This document shows positions 1-9,429 of a stretch of 32,000 nt of DNA, piece by piece. The position numbers were made by a program, and so were the translations under genes. Positions within the stretch are counted from its first letter, which is position 1. The number at the start of each line of letters is the position of its first letter. Source of the stretch: Methanothermobacter thermautotrophicus str. Delta H (GTDB lineage: Archaea; Methanobacteriota; Methanobacteria; Methanobacteriales; Methanothermobacteraceae); contig NC_000916.1 in the NCBI RefSeq assembly GCF_000008645.1, positions 660,001 to 692,000 of the forward strand, written 5' to 3'. Under the pieces are notes generated by a model. It had not been told where the DNA came from. It searched no databases and was given only the letters and a program-made list of their open reading frames with translations.

Positions 1-1046
1 AGGAGTTCAATATCGACCTCCTCTGCAAGGGCCATTCCTGAGGTGTGTATCTTGAGTATCTCCCTTCTACCATCCTCATTTGGTAGAGGTACCTCAATGA
101 ACCTGTCAAATCTTCCTGGACGGAGGAGTGCCGGGTCAAGTATGTCTGGTCTGTTGGTTGCTGCAACTATACCGACATTACCCCTTGATTCGAATCCATC
201 AAGCTCTGCAAGGAGCTGCATGAGTGTCCTCTGAACCTCCCTGTCACCGCTTGTTGAACTCTTAAGCCTCTTGGCTGCCACGGCGTCAATTTCGTCTATG
301 AATATTATGCTCGGGGATTTCTCCTTGGCCAGCTCAAAGACTCCCCTCACGAGCCTTGCGCCCTCACCTATGTATTTCCTGACGAACTCTGATGCAACTA
401 TCTTTATGAATGTTGCATTGGTCTCATGGGCGACGGCCTTTGCCAGGAGTGTTTTACCTGTACCAGGTGGTCCATAGAGGAGTACGCCCTTGGGTGGCTC
501 TATACCTATCTTTTCAAAGAGTTCCGGTTTTTTGAGCGGTAATTCAACTGTCTCCTTGACCTCGCGTACCTGTTCCTCAAGGCCACCTATCTGCTCATAG
601 GAGACATCTGGTTTTTCCTCGACTTCCATGCCCGTCACAACGGGGTCCTTCTCAGATGGAAGTACATCCACTATGCTGAAGGTCTGCTGGTTCAGTGCAA
701 CCCTTGCACCGGGCTCCAGCTGCTTTCTATCTATGAATCTTGAATAATTTATTACGAAGTGGGGTCCGGTTGTACTCTTAACTGCGACCCTGTGATCATC
801 AAGAACCTCTGTTACTGTGGCTATGACCAGTGGAGGGGTTCTGAACCTTTCGATTTCACCACGAAGGGATTTAACTTCCCTGTCAAGCCTTGTCCTCTCA
901 TTTTCAATTAAAAGTTTGTCCTTCTCAAGTTTTCTGATTTTCCACATCAGATTTCTTTTTGTCTTGGAGTTTTCCTCTTTAAGCATTCTAACTTCTTTTT
1001 TGAGGTCCTCAATCTTTTTTAATACATTCTGGGAGTTATTTTCCAT
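1..1046 (-). CDS. pan: Proteasome-activating nucleotidase (PAN, AAA+ ATPase), C-terminus truncated by window edge
   Basis: Reverse-strand translation begins [26 protein letters not shown] (coiled coil), then Walker [18 protein letters not shown], Walker [11 protein letters not shown] and [18 protein letters not shown]. The frame is open to the window edge. It is absent from the supplied ORF track because it lacks a stop in the window. Confidence 0.96.
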   Translation of the reverse strand, partial: MENNSQNVLKKIEDLKKEVRMLKEENSKTKRNLMWKIRKLEKDKLLIENERTRLDREVKSLRGEIERFRTPPLVIATVTEVLDDHRVAVKSTTGPHFVINYSRFIDRKQLEPGARVALNQQTFSIVDVLPSEKDPVVTGMEVEEKPDVSYEQIGGLEEQVREVKETVELPLKKPELFEKIGIEPPKGVLLYGPPGTGKTLLAKAVAHETNATFIKIVASEFVRKYIGEGARLVRGVFELAKEKSPSIIFIDEIDAVAAKRLKSSTSGDREVQRTLMQLLAELDGFESRGNVGIVAATNRPDILDPALLRPGRFDRFIEVPLPNEDGRREILKIHTSGMALAEEVDIEL

Positions 1047-1152
1047 GATTTTAGAACACTCCTATTTAAATTTTGTTGTATACTATCTTGTTTCTAGTAA
1101 TATTTAAATATTGGGGTGGGATAAATCTAGTATAAAATAAAAAGGGATCTTC

Positions 1153-1620
1153 ATGAGATGCGAGATTTGCGGTAAAAAGATTGTTGGAAAACCTTTAAAG
1201 ACAAAAATCGATAGTTCAGTCATGGAAGTATGCAGGGAATGCTCAAAGTTCGGTAAAATCATCAGAGAACCCACAACACCCCGTAAAAAAAGTTTCAGGA
1301 AGCCCCAGAAAAGGTCCAGGAGACCCATGGATACCGTGTACGAGGTCGTTGAGGACTACGGAAGGATCATAAGAACTGAAAGGGAGAAGAGGGACTGGTC
1401 AAGGGAGGATCTCGCTGAGAGGATCAACGAGAAGGTATCCGTCATAAACAGGATTGAATCCGAGAGGATGGAACCCGATATTAAGCTCGCAAGGAAGCTT
1501 GAAAGGCTCCTCAAAATAAAACTCCTTGAAAAATTTGAGGCCGATGATCTGGAGAAATCAGAGGGTGGCGGGTTCCGCGGAGCCACGATAGGTGACATTG
1601 CAAGAATAAAGAGGGGTTAA
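1153..1620 (+). CDS. Archaeal multiprotein bridging factor 1-like protein (N-terminal zinc ribbon plus HTH)
   Basis: MRCEICGKKI...CRECSKFG zinc-ribbon followed by the Cro/C1-type HTH segment REKRDWSREDLAERINEKVSVINRIESERMEPDIKLARKLERLLKIKL. Confidence 0.92.
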   Translation: MRCEICGKKIVGKPLKTKIDSSVMEVCRECSKFGKIIREPTTPRKKSFRKPQKRSRRPMDTVYEVVEDYGRIIRTEREKRDWSREDLAERINEKVSVINRIESERMEPDIKLARKLERLLKIKLLEKFEADDLEKSEGGGFRGATIGDIARIKRG

Positions 1621-1636
1621 AGTCCCAAAAAAATTA

Positions 1637-1656
1637 TTTCTAAAAATTATTTTAGA
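1637..1656. repeat. Copy 1 of a 20-nt AT-rich repeat containing a perfect inverted repeat
   Basis: TTTCTAAAAATTATTTTAGA, containing TCTAAAA-ATTA-TTTTAGA. An identical copy lies at 1702-1721. Confidence 0.8.
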
Positions 1657-1701
1657 CACCCACGGCGGATGTTGCAGGAATAAAAATGGATTAAAGTCCA
1701 T

Positions 1702-1721
1702 TTTCTAAAAATTATTTTAGA
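1702..1721. repeat. Copy 2 of the 20-nt AT-rich inverted-repeat element
   Basis: Identical to 1637-1656, in the same convergent intergenic region. Confidence 0.8.
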
Positions 1722-1746
1722 ATCCCATTTCATCCGAATTTTCTCT

Positions 1747-2097
1747 TCAACTACCCTTATGGGAATAGTATCCCCTGAGGACCCTCAGACCGCCGAACAT
1801 CTCCCTGAGGTCATTGTATTCATCGTATTCACTGCTAACCACTATCACATGTGCCGGGGGGTGTATCCTTCTGATGGCCATTATGCTTCTGGTGTCATCC
1901 TCCTCCACCTCAACGGCTGCCGCCACAGAGGACTTCATGCGGAGTTCCCCGAGTATGGATGATGCCATCCTGTCTGCAATATCATTCCTCAGAATCCTGG
2001 GTTTTCCACGGACCTTAAGGCCGGCATGCCTTTCAAGGTCCGCTATGGCGTTCAGAATTTTTTTCCTGCTATCTGCCCTCAGAATTATTAGAGACAC
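1747..2097 (-). CDS. Conserved methanogen protein of unknown function (DUF356-like)
   Basis: 116-aa ORF MSLIILRADSRKKILNAIADLERHAGLKVRGKPRILRNDIADR..., good coding character. Family assignment is from memory. Confidence 0.7.
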   Translation of the reverse strand: MSLIILRADSRKKILNAIADLERHAGLKVRGKPRILRNDIADRMASSILGELRMKSSVAAAVEVEEDDTRSIMAIRRIHPPAHVIVVSSEYDEYNDLREMFGGLRVLRGYYSHKGS

Positions 2098-2100
2098 GTT

Positions 2101-3120
2101 TTAACCCCTTCTGAATGAACTTATAAGGCTGCTCCTGAAGAGGACGAGGAGCACCATGATGAATCCCAGTGCCGTCTGGATGTTACCGAGTATCTCAAGG
2201 AGCCCTGAACTAACGGGCAGTTCCATCGGAGGGGCTGTCCTATCATCTGGTAGGGGTGTGTAGTAGACACCTACAGCCCTTGAACTTGGCTTCACATTTA
2301 TGTCCTTTGGCTCCACATAGTTGACTCCCACAAGGAACCCATTCTTTATGGCCCTGTTTATGGATCTGGCTATTGCCTCTGCACTGTAACCGTTCTTCTT
2401 CACCGATGCCCTTACAATCTCCTGGGTTGTCTGAACAACACCGGCCTCCTCTGTCCCGTAGACCGAGACAGATACAGAGCCGTTGGTCACGGTTATGGCG
2501 TCCTTGAGAGCCTCATATGCATAGATAACCTTTAACTTGCTGCCATCCACCGGACAGGTCTGGTAGTTCTCTGCAGCAGGGTACCCTATGCTCCAGCCAC
2601 ACTCATCGCATACCTTGACGTAGGGTTCATCCATTGGGTAACCGGTCTCATTGAGGTCCGCTGGTGTGAACATGTCCCCTGTGGATACCCCTGAGACAAG
2701 GTTAACTGCACCACCACCATACTTTTCACCGGCGTCCTTTGAAACCTCCTCAAAGACCTTTCCCACGATGTAAGTGGCAGAGTAGCCGTCCCTTATCATC
2801 TTACCTATGTTAACGGCTGTCTCCTGACGTACACGGGTTGCTGTACCATACTTGGGGTTTCCATGCGTGTTCCTCAGGTGTATTATGGCTCCCCTCTTAC
2901 CTGGAGGAAGAACCGCAAGACCCCCAGAGTAGGGTGTAACTGTTATGGTACCGTCATCCTCCACGATAACCACGTAGGCATCGAAGGAACCACCCACAGC
3001 TGCACCTATGCTGGGACCTCCGCACATGACCCTGATTCCCTGGTAACTGTTGGCTGCTGATGCCGCCTCAGCCGCTGTTGCACCATTCTCCAGGCGGTTT
3101 ATAACGTCCATTATTGCCAT
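2101..3120 (-). CDS. Conserved methanogen protein with zinc-ribbon-like motif and C-terminal TM segment; probably the 3' part of the gene starting at 3358
   Basis: MAIMDVINRLENGATAAEAA... with VCDEC...TCPVDG and C-terminal hydrophobic LLEILGNIQTALGFIMVLLVLF. The ORF track start (3243) has an atypical Ser/Pro/Arg-rich N-terminus, which suggests a frameshift. Confidence 0.7.
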   Translation of the reverse strand: MAIMDVINRLENGATAAEAASAANSYQGIRVMCGGPSIGAAVGGSFDAYVVIVEDDGTITVTPYSGGLAVLPPGKRGAIIHLRNTHGNPKYGTATRVRQETAVNIGKMIRDGYSATYIVGKVFEEVSKDAGEKYGGGAVNLVSGVSTGDMFTPADLNETGYPMDEPYVKVCDECGWSIGYPAAENYQTCPVDGSKLKVIYAYEALKDAITVTNGSVSVSVYGTEEAGVVQTTQEIVRASVKKNGYSAEAIARSINRAIKNGFLVGVNYVEPKDINVKPSSRAVGVYYTPLPDDRTAPPMELPVSSGLLEILGNIQTALGFIMVLLVLFRSSLISSFRRG

Positions 3121-3358
3121 GAGCCTCGGTGTTGAATGCACCTTCACCACCTGAGAGGACAGCGAACCTCTTCTCCTTGGACATGAGGAAGGTTGACTGG
3201 AACATGTTCTGGGCGAAGGACATACTCCCGGCTGCAGCACCATTAGGATCCGCTCCTGTGGGGTCTGTGATTACAATAACGTTCATTGTGGCGGATACCG
3301 GACCTATAAGCAGGTTGAAGATGAATATGAGAGCTAACAGTCTACCGAGCCTGTTCAT
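3068..3358 (-). CDS. Signal-peptide-bearing N-terminal part of the preceding protein, apparently frameshifted
   Basis: MNRLGRLLALIFIFNLLIGPVSATMNVIVITDPTGADPNGAAAGSMSFAQNMFQSTFLMSKEKRFAVLSGGEGAFNTEA; the rest of the ORF lacks coding character. The start overlaps the upstream stop (TGATG). Confidence 0.65.
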   Translation of the reverse strand: MNRLGRLLALIFIFNLLIGPVSATMNVIVITDPTGADPNGAAAGSMSFAQNMFQSTFLMSKEKRFAVLSGGEGAFNTEAHGNNGRYKPPGEWCNSG

Positions 3359-3801
3359 CAGCCCACTCCCCCTGTTCTGTTGGTAACTTTAACCGTGGCG
3401 AAGTCCTCGATAACATTAACAGTGACTATGCCTGTTCTGGTGTCCACCTTCACATCAGCGGCTGCTATGGGCGTTACACGGGTGCCGGGAATTGTTGTCA
3501 TCTTAACAAACTTCTCGGCATTCTCCATCGCCTCTGAAAGGGGAACCTTTCTCTTGGAGGTTACAAGCACCTCTCCCTTTATGTAGCTTCCGGGCCGGAA
3601 ACCCGCAGCATATACATTTGCTTTTATGGAGGACAGTGGAACTATATCGTTACCCTTAACTATGACACCTGCTATTGGAACTCCACCTGTATCCTCCATT
3701 GATGATGCGTAGGCAAGATAGGTCATAGCACGACCTGAGAGGATCAGGATGAATGCCAGCAGGAGTATCACGAGGGTATCCCTTCTGATCTTTATGAGCA
3801 T
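3358..3801 (-). CDS. Membrane-anchored small protein with POTRA-like segment, unknown function
   Basis: One N-terminal TM (TLVILLLAFILILSGRAMTYLAYA), then IAGVIVKGNDIVPLSSIKANVYAAGFRPGSYIKGEVLV, which has POTRA-like character. Stop and start are coupled with the downstream ORF. Confidence 0.7.
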   Translation of the reverse strand: MLIKIRRDTLVILLLAFILILSGRAMTYLAYASSMEDTGGVPIAGVIVKGNDIVPLSSIKANVYAAGFRPGSYIKGEVLVTSKRKVPLSEAMENAEKFVKMTTIPGTRVTPIAAADVKVDTRTGIVTVNVIEDFATVKVTNRTGGVG

Positions 3802-3995
3802 AACAGTTCACCTTTAACTGCGTTTCATCACAGTTACTGAATAGTTAGTTCTCTGACTCCATCTTTATAAAGATTGACCACAGAAATGAACATCCATCCA
3901 ATGCAGAGCTGAAACCGGACCCCCTGAATCCACCGCAGAGATGGACTCCCGATCACGGCTGAGACCAGGAACCGTTACAAGCTGCGATACAGTAG

Positions 3996-5404
3996 TCACA
4001 TCCTGATCTCATCTATTATCCCTGCAGCCGGGTCCATTCCCTGGGCTCCGAGGAGGAGGATGGTATCATGGGGTTTCGCGGCATCCAGCACCATCCTCAG
4101 GGCGTCCCTGAGTTTCTCCACGTGGATGTAGGATGCACCCCTCTCATCAAGGACCCCAAGGAATGCTCTTCTCTCATTTTCAAGTACCCTGTTCTGTTCA
4201 TCAACAACGTCACTGCTTGAGGTTACTATGAGTTCTGCATTGAGGCCCCTGAGGGAATCTGCAAGGGCGGCTGCGTTCATCACATTTATATCCTCTCCAC
4301 GGGAGCCCCTGATGGCATTCACCACCCACAGCCTCCCCCTGAGATTCGCTGCAGCGCTCCTCACGGTGAACCTGATACCTGAGGGGTTGTGGGCGAAGTC
4401 GTCTATGACAAGGGGCTCAGTCATGAGGACCGAAAACCTCCTCTTGAGGGGCCTGTATGTTTTAACACCCATCCTTATGTCCTCGGGGGAGAAGCCCAGT
4501 TCCAGACATGCTGCAGCGGCAGCCAGGGTGTTCTGTATGAAGTGCTCACTCCTGAAGGGGAGTTCCTCTGCAGGGATTATGAGGTCCCCTCCAATGTGGA
4601 TGCCCTCCCCATCATACCTCACAGGGGAGTCCGAGCCGTAAAAGACCACACTGAGACCCGGGTTCACATGGGCCATTGCCCTCACACGTTCATCGTCGGC
4701 ATTGAGTACAGCCACCCCAGATTCGATGGCCCTCAGGGCCCCTGCTACCTCCCTGAAGACATCTTCCACAGATTCAACAAGTCCTATATGGTCCATTGCA
4801 ACGTTTGTTATGACGACCACCTCAGGCCCTATGGCTGCGGTCATCATGCGGGCGTGGTCCCTCATGACCCTTCCAAGCCACCCCTGCACCTCTGAGACCT
4901 CTATAACCATGAATTCAGGTGCCCCATCAGATGAGGCCTCGGCTATCTGCTGTGATACCACAGGGTCTATGAGGGTGTTGAACTCTGACCTTGAATCTGT
5001 GTTTGTGTAGGATGAAGCACCGGTGGTCTCTATTATATGATGGATCATGTGGGTTGTGGTGGACTTCCCATTGGTACCCGTGACCACAACCCTTCTGGAG
5101 GAGGGGGCGAATCGCTCTATTGTCCAGGAGAGTGCAAGGGCATTTGCATTCTCAATCCTGTCAACGAGGATAACCGGGAGCCCGTGCTCTTCGGCTAGCC
5201 TGGAAGACTTTCCCCGGAGATCCTGGGTTATGATGGCGGATACACCCCTTTCTGAGGCGATTTCAATGCCCTTCTCATCGATCCAGTGTCTTATAACAAT
5301 GTCACCTGCTTCAGCAGCTCCAAGGGTCGTGAATATCCCCGAAATGCTCTATCTGGACCTTTGAGTCTTCCTGAAATCTTATCTGCGATTTCATGGAGAT
5401 ACAT
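3996..5404 (-). CDS. Mur ligase family protein (pseudomurein peptide ligase), with an apparent frameshift near 5337-5340
   Basis: VVVTGTNGKSTTTHMI P-loop, NVAMDHIG, VIDDFAHNPSG. The track ORF starts at 5087, but the N-terminus MYLHEIADKISGRLKGPDRAF (from 5404) plus (R)GIFTTLGAAEAGDIVIRHWIDEKG...SRRVVVTG is present in two frames joined by one extra G. Confidence 0.88.
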
Positions 5405-5416
5405 GACCTTCACCCA

Positions 5417-6472
5417 TCAGAGGATACTCCCTGTCATGTAGAGTCCCAGTGCACAGACAATCAGTGTTATGAGCCAGTAGAGGAGCACTATCCTCCTCTC
5501 GGACATCCCACGGTAGTGGAGTGTGTGGTGCAGCGGTTCAACCGGGAGTCTTATAACCCCTGCACGGTGGAGGAGGCTCACGATAACCGAGACCACAGGC
5601 ACTGCTATTGCAAGGACACCGAAGTAAACCGTGTCTGTGAGCATCACTGCAGTTGCATAGCCTGCCCCCAGGGCAAATGAACCGGTATCACCCATGAATA
5701 TGCTCGCGGGGTGTCTGTTGAATACGAGGAACCCGGCACACATCCCGGCCAGTGCCAGGAAGGGCAGGGCCTGACCCGATAGGCCAAGGAAAATTGCGCA
5801 GGATAAGGATGCTATGAGCATTATCCCGGCTGCCATCCCATCCATTCCATCTATGAGGTTAACTGCGTTTATGGCCCCCACCATACCTGCTATGGCGATG
5901 GGTGCGGCTGCAAGACCCAGGTAGAACCCTCCGAGCTTACCAACAGCTCCTGAGAGTACAAGGAAGACACCTATCAGTAGCTGGGCCAGTATCTTCTCAC
6001 CCTCACTCACCTCATTCTTTATTGGAGCCTCACCAACCACCTCAACAAGTCCCTCAGAGAGCAGAGCCTCAACATCCCTCTTTGCCTTGTCTGTTGCCGC
6101 CCTTGCCTCCTCTCCGGGCTTCAGTACAAGCTGGCCAACCTCCAGGGGCCCTTCAGATACGTTCCTTATTATCCTCTGGACCTCCTTCACCTTGAGGCCC
6201 AGAAGGTCATCCAGAAGGCCTACAATTGCTGCTGTGAGGACTATGAGTGATGTCAGGACGAGGTAGGGGTTGTTTCGATAGAGTACCGTTACAAGGAGGA
6301 GAGCCAGTAGCATCCCAAGCCCCCCCATTGTAGGTGTTCCTGCCTTGTGGCTGTGCTCAGTGACTATTGGTTTATCACCGATATCCGCACTCCTCAGAAT
6401 GTTCCTTATAAAGAGCGTGAATACTGCAGCTGAAACAGTGCTTATAATGAAAACCATCAAAAACTCCATCAT
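5417..6472 (-). CDS. MraY-like glycosyltransferase family 4 (phospho-N-acetylmuramoyl-pentapeptide-transferase homologue, pseudomurein lipid carrier step)
   Basis: Multiple TM segments with HSHKAGTPTMGG, LLDDLLGL, NAVNLIDGMDGMA, FMGDTGSFALG and HHTLHYRG motifs. Confidence 0.93.
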   Translation of the reverse strand: MMEFLMVFIISTVSAAVFTLFIRNILRSADIGDKPIVTEHSHKAGTPTMGGLGMLLALLLVTVLYRNNPYLVLTSLIVLTAAIVGLLDDLLGLKVKEVQRIIRNVSEGPLEVGQLVLKPGEEARAATDKAKRDVEALLSEGLVEVVGEAPIKNEVSEGEKILAQLLIGVFLVLSGAVGKLGGFYLGLAAAPIAIAGMVGAINAVNLIDGMDGMAAGIMLIASLSCAIFLGLSGQALPFLALAGMCAGFLVFNRHPASIFMGDTGSFALGAGYATAVMLTDTVYFGVLAIAVPVVSVIVSLLHRAGVIRLPVEPLHHTLHYRGMSERRIVLLYWLITLIVCALGLYMTGSIL

Positions 6473-7568
6473 ATCACCTGCCTTCTGTGTACATCAAGAT
6501 CACCAAGTTTTTTAATGACCAGTTCAAGCAGTTCAGGATCATTGGCCCCCACAGTTACCCTCATATGGTTCCTCGGGCCGTGAAGCACCCATCTTGTCCC
6601 ATCTGGCATGAAGGACTCCAGGTCCCGGGGTTACCTATGGGTATCTCAACAGCATAATGGTTCTTCCTCCTGATTTCACCAGGTTTCCAGTTTCCTGCTG
6701 CCATGTCCACAAGGCAGTGCATGGGATTTATCTCTGTTGCCGCCTCTGAGATGTACCTGGTCCCGCTTGGGCGTGTATTGACCTCTATGGCATAGAGTTT
6801 TCCATCCTCCGAGACTATCATGTCAACATCGGTGTTACCCTCCGCACCAAGGAGTTCTGTGACTTCTGAAGCCATTGCAAGGGCCTCCATTCCATCGAAT
6901 CCCCTGATAATAGCGGGGGCCCTCTTCACCTTCCTCAGGGGGTGCAGTCCGTCCATCCTTGTGTCTCCCTTATCAACGGCCACCAGGGGGAGGGTTTCAT
7001 CATTCCATCGGAGTACCTCAACGGATATTTCACGGCCCTGTATGTATTCCTCCATGAGGGCATGGTCATGGGCGTGGAGATATTCCCTGACATCAGAAGG
7101 GGTGGCTGCGACCATCACGCCTGAACCGCCCTGTCCCTCCCTCTGCTTGAGAACCACCGGCATTTCAGTTACATCCTCCGGTGAATCGATTAAATCGTAT
7201 TCCGGCGTTCTTATCCTGTTTCTGGAGAAGAACTCCTTGGTTTTAAATTTATCTGTGGATATCTCAGCAGCCTCCGGCCCTGATGCAACCACCGGCACTC
7301 CGTAGTCAGCCTCAAGTTTCTCCTTGAGCCAGGCCACATCCCTGAGGGGTCCGTCGACACCTATCAGGGGTACCACCGCATCAACGTCCTCCCTGAGGGC
7401 TATTTCCAGAGGGCCCTCCATGCCCCTGGGCACTATGTGGTATGAATCGGCGAGTTCAAGGTTTGGGGCGTCTGGATTTGACTCGGAGAGAATGGTGGTC
7501 ACACCCATCGCTGAGGCGTACTCTGCAACGTCATTGAAGAGTCTTGAACCTATGAACAGAATCCTCAT
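6469..7568 (-). CDS. ATP-grasp protein, CarB-like, in the cell-wall cluster; apparent frameshift near 6624-6630
   Basis: MRILFIGSRLFNDVAEYA..., PVVLKQREGQGGSGVMVA, ALMEEYIQGREISVEVL, YAIEVNTRPSGT. The track ORF (6561..7577) ends PGTWSPSCQMGQDGC; restoring one C in the CCCC run gives NPRDLESFMPDGTRWVLHGPRNHMRVTVGANDPELLELVIKKLGDLDVHRRQVI*, ending at 6469 and overlapping the MraY-like start. Confidence 0.87.
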
Positions 7569-7710
7569 GATGATCACTCAAAAAAATCAAGGACTGGTTT
7601 ACTCTTTGGTGGGATCTTATAAAAACTTAATCTTGACCGGTTCAGGTAAAATTCATCCAGAATTCTCAATACCCTCAAAATACAGGGCTGATTGAATTCA
7701 ACCCTAAAAA

Positions 7711-8217
7711 TCATCCGCAGCTTCCAAAGTCATCAAGGGCAGAGATTATCATCCCTGCGAGGTCATGTACAGCGTCTTCAACCGCGGGTGAGAGTCCAGT
7801 CCCAAATTCAAGGTTTTCTGGCTGTACACCCATGAGGGCAATCCTGTAAGCACCCTGATCCTCAAGGTACCTCACAAGGAAGGATAGGGGCATGGCATGG
7901 GTGGATATGCTGTACTCTGATATACTATCCCTCTCAATGAGCCTTACGGTTCCCGGCTCCTCTCTCATCTCAACAGCGTCCACAATCAGTATGTGGCTCG
8001 GTCTTTCGGAGCGTATTTTTCCTGTGAAGTTTTCAGGCACCGTGCCCGCATTGATAACGAGATGGCCCCTCTCCTCCATTGCCTCCTGGATGAGGGACGC
8101 CAGGTATGGGCCAAGGCCATCATCGGACCTCAATTCATTCCCGACTGTGAGGACGAGGAGCCTTCTGCAGTCAGTGAGAAAATCACTCAGAAGCCGCTTC
8201 AACGTGATAGAAACCAC
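7711..8217 (-). CDS. Hydrogenase maturation protease (HycI/HyaD family)
   Basis: LLVLTVGNELRSDDGLGP, HILIVDAVEMREEPGTVRLIE, STHAMPLSFLVRYLE, ALMGVQPENLEFGTGLSPAVEDAV. Confidence 0.9.
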   Translation of the reverse strand: MVSITLKRLLSDFLTDCRRLLVLTVGNELRSDDGLGPYLASLIQEAMEERGHLVINAGTVPENFTGKIRSERPSHILIVDAVEMREEPGTVRLIERDSISEYSISTHAMPLSFLVRYLEDQGAYRIALMGVQPENLEFGTGLSPAVEDAVHDLAGMIISALDDFGSCG

Positions 8218-8235
8218 CAGAAATAATCAGATAAA

Positions 8236-8982
8236 TCATATGATGGATGCTTCAACTGAATCAAGGCCGCCACCCATCCTGTATGAAAGTTTTATCTCGA
8301 CCTCACCTTTATCTCCGGTCTCCTCGAGGGGTATGATGAGCGGGGGGTTCATCATGGGTGTGGGACCGCATATGATTCCAGGAGCCGTCAGGGTAAAGGA
8401 TATTATTCTGATAGCGTTGAAGGGACTCGATGCCTGCAGCTTCAATGAACCCCTGAAAATCTCAGGGAGGTTCCCCCTGAACTCGACCCGGTCATAAACC
8501 CTCATTGGACCTGATGATGGTTGTGAAAGATTTTCATCATACATGATGTTTTCAAAGTTCACGGTGACGGGTTCTGCTGCATTGAAGACTGCCTGTGGTA
8601 TTACAGTCCCATCATTCCTCAGGAACTTTAGGGCCCTCCTTAGAACCGGGACCTGCTCCTCATCTATGAGTGCTGTGTCAAGCATCTCACATATGATCGT
8701 GTCAGCCGCACTGAATTCATAGTGCAGGGCGTCCTCGTTGACAACACTGACGTTATCCAGACCTGATAGGTTCTCCCCTGCACATGCAGCTATCTTTGGG
8801 TCCCTTTCAATTGCAATGACACGATCAGCATACTCTGAAGCAAAGAATGAGAGGATCCCGCTGCCTGCCCCGAGGTCATAGGTGAGGCCCCTGGCCCTGG
8901 ATGATATGGCCTCGCGGAAGGCTGCGAGGCGTTCATGATCCCCCAGAAGGTTTCCGTGATACGGTGTGACCCTGAATCTCAT
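8236..8982 (-). CDS. SAM-dependent methyltransferase, protein/rRNA methyltransferase-like
   Basis: LTYDLGAGSGILSFFASEYADRVIAIERDPKIAACA motif I, ADTIICEMLDTALIDEEQVPVL (resembles the PRMT 'double-E' region). Confidence 0.82.
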   Translation of the reverse strand: MRFRVTPYHGNLLGDHERLAAFREAISSRARGLTYDLGAGSGILSFFASEYADRVIAIERDPKIAACAGENLSGLDNVSVVNEDALHYEFSAADTIICEMLDTALIDEEQVPVLRRALKFLRNDGTVIPQAVFNAAEPVTVNFENIMYDENLSQPSSGPMRVYDRVEFRGNLPEIFRGSLKLQASSPFNAIRIISFTLTAPGIICGPTPMMNPPLIIPLEETGDKGEVEIKLSYRMGGGLDSVEASII

Positions 8983-9006
8983 TTAGGTACTGAAGGCTTT
9001 GCTGGA

Positions 9007-9429
9007 TCAGTGCTCATGTTCTATTTTCTGTTCGGTTGATGTGCTGGTGAGCCTCACGTGTTCAACGCCCTTGAGCCTCATCATCTTCTCGGTGAGTTCC
9101 CTTATCTTTGCAACATCTCCCTTAACCACTATGACCTCAAGGCAGTGTCTTTCGGTCATGTGTACGTGCATAACAGCGTTGATGTATTCACGGTAGTCGT
9201 GCTGTATGTCTGCAAGGTCCTCCATGACCCCTGTGTAGTGGTGGTCATAGATCACAGCAATAATACCGATTCGCTCACCTTCCATTTCATTCATCCACTG
9301 GTACCTTACAATGTAGTCCTTAAGGGCGTCTCTTATGCCCTTTGATCTTGACTGGTAGCCACGATCCCTTAGAACTTCATCAAATTCATTCAAGAGCTTT
9401 TTTGGCAGAGACATGCTTATTCTCATCAT
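9007..9429 (-). CDS. nikR: Nickel-responsive transcriptional regulator NikR
   Basis: Ribbon-helix-helix RISMSLPKKLLNEFDEVLRDRGYQSRSKGIRDALKDYI plus HHYTGVMEDLADIQHDY, VHVHMTERHCLEVIVVKG metal-site motifs. Start at 9429 or 9426. Confidence 0.95.
   Translation of the reverse strand: MMRISMSLPKKLLNEFDEVLRDRGYQSRSKGIRDALKDYIVRYQWMNEMEGERIGIIAVIYDHHYTGVMEDLADIQHDYREYINAVMHVHMTERHCLEVIVVKGDVAKIRELTEKMMRLKGVEHVRLTSTSTEQKIEHEH

Noticed and set aside
4389-4895. 168-aa + strand ORF with many His/Cys, superficially metal-binding
   Set aside because: Antisense to the Mur ligase; His/Cys richness arises from the complementary codons. The same applies to 5393..5680.
6820-7305. 161-aa + strand ORF
   Set aside because: Antisense to the ATP-grasp gene with no motif support.
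7892-8497. 201-aa + strand ORF
   Set aside because: Antisense to both the hydrogenase maturation protease and the methyltransferase genes.
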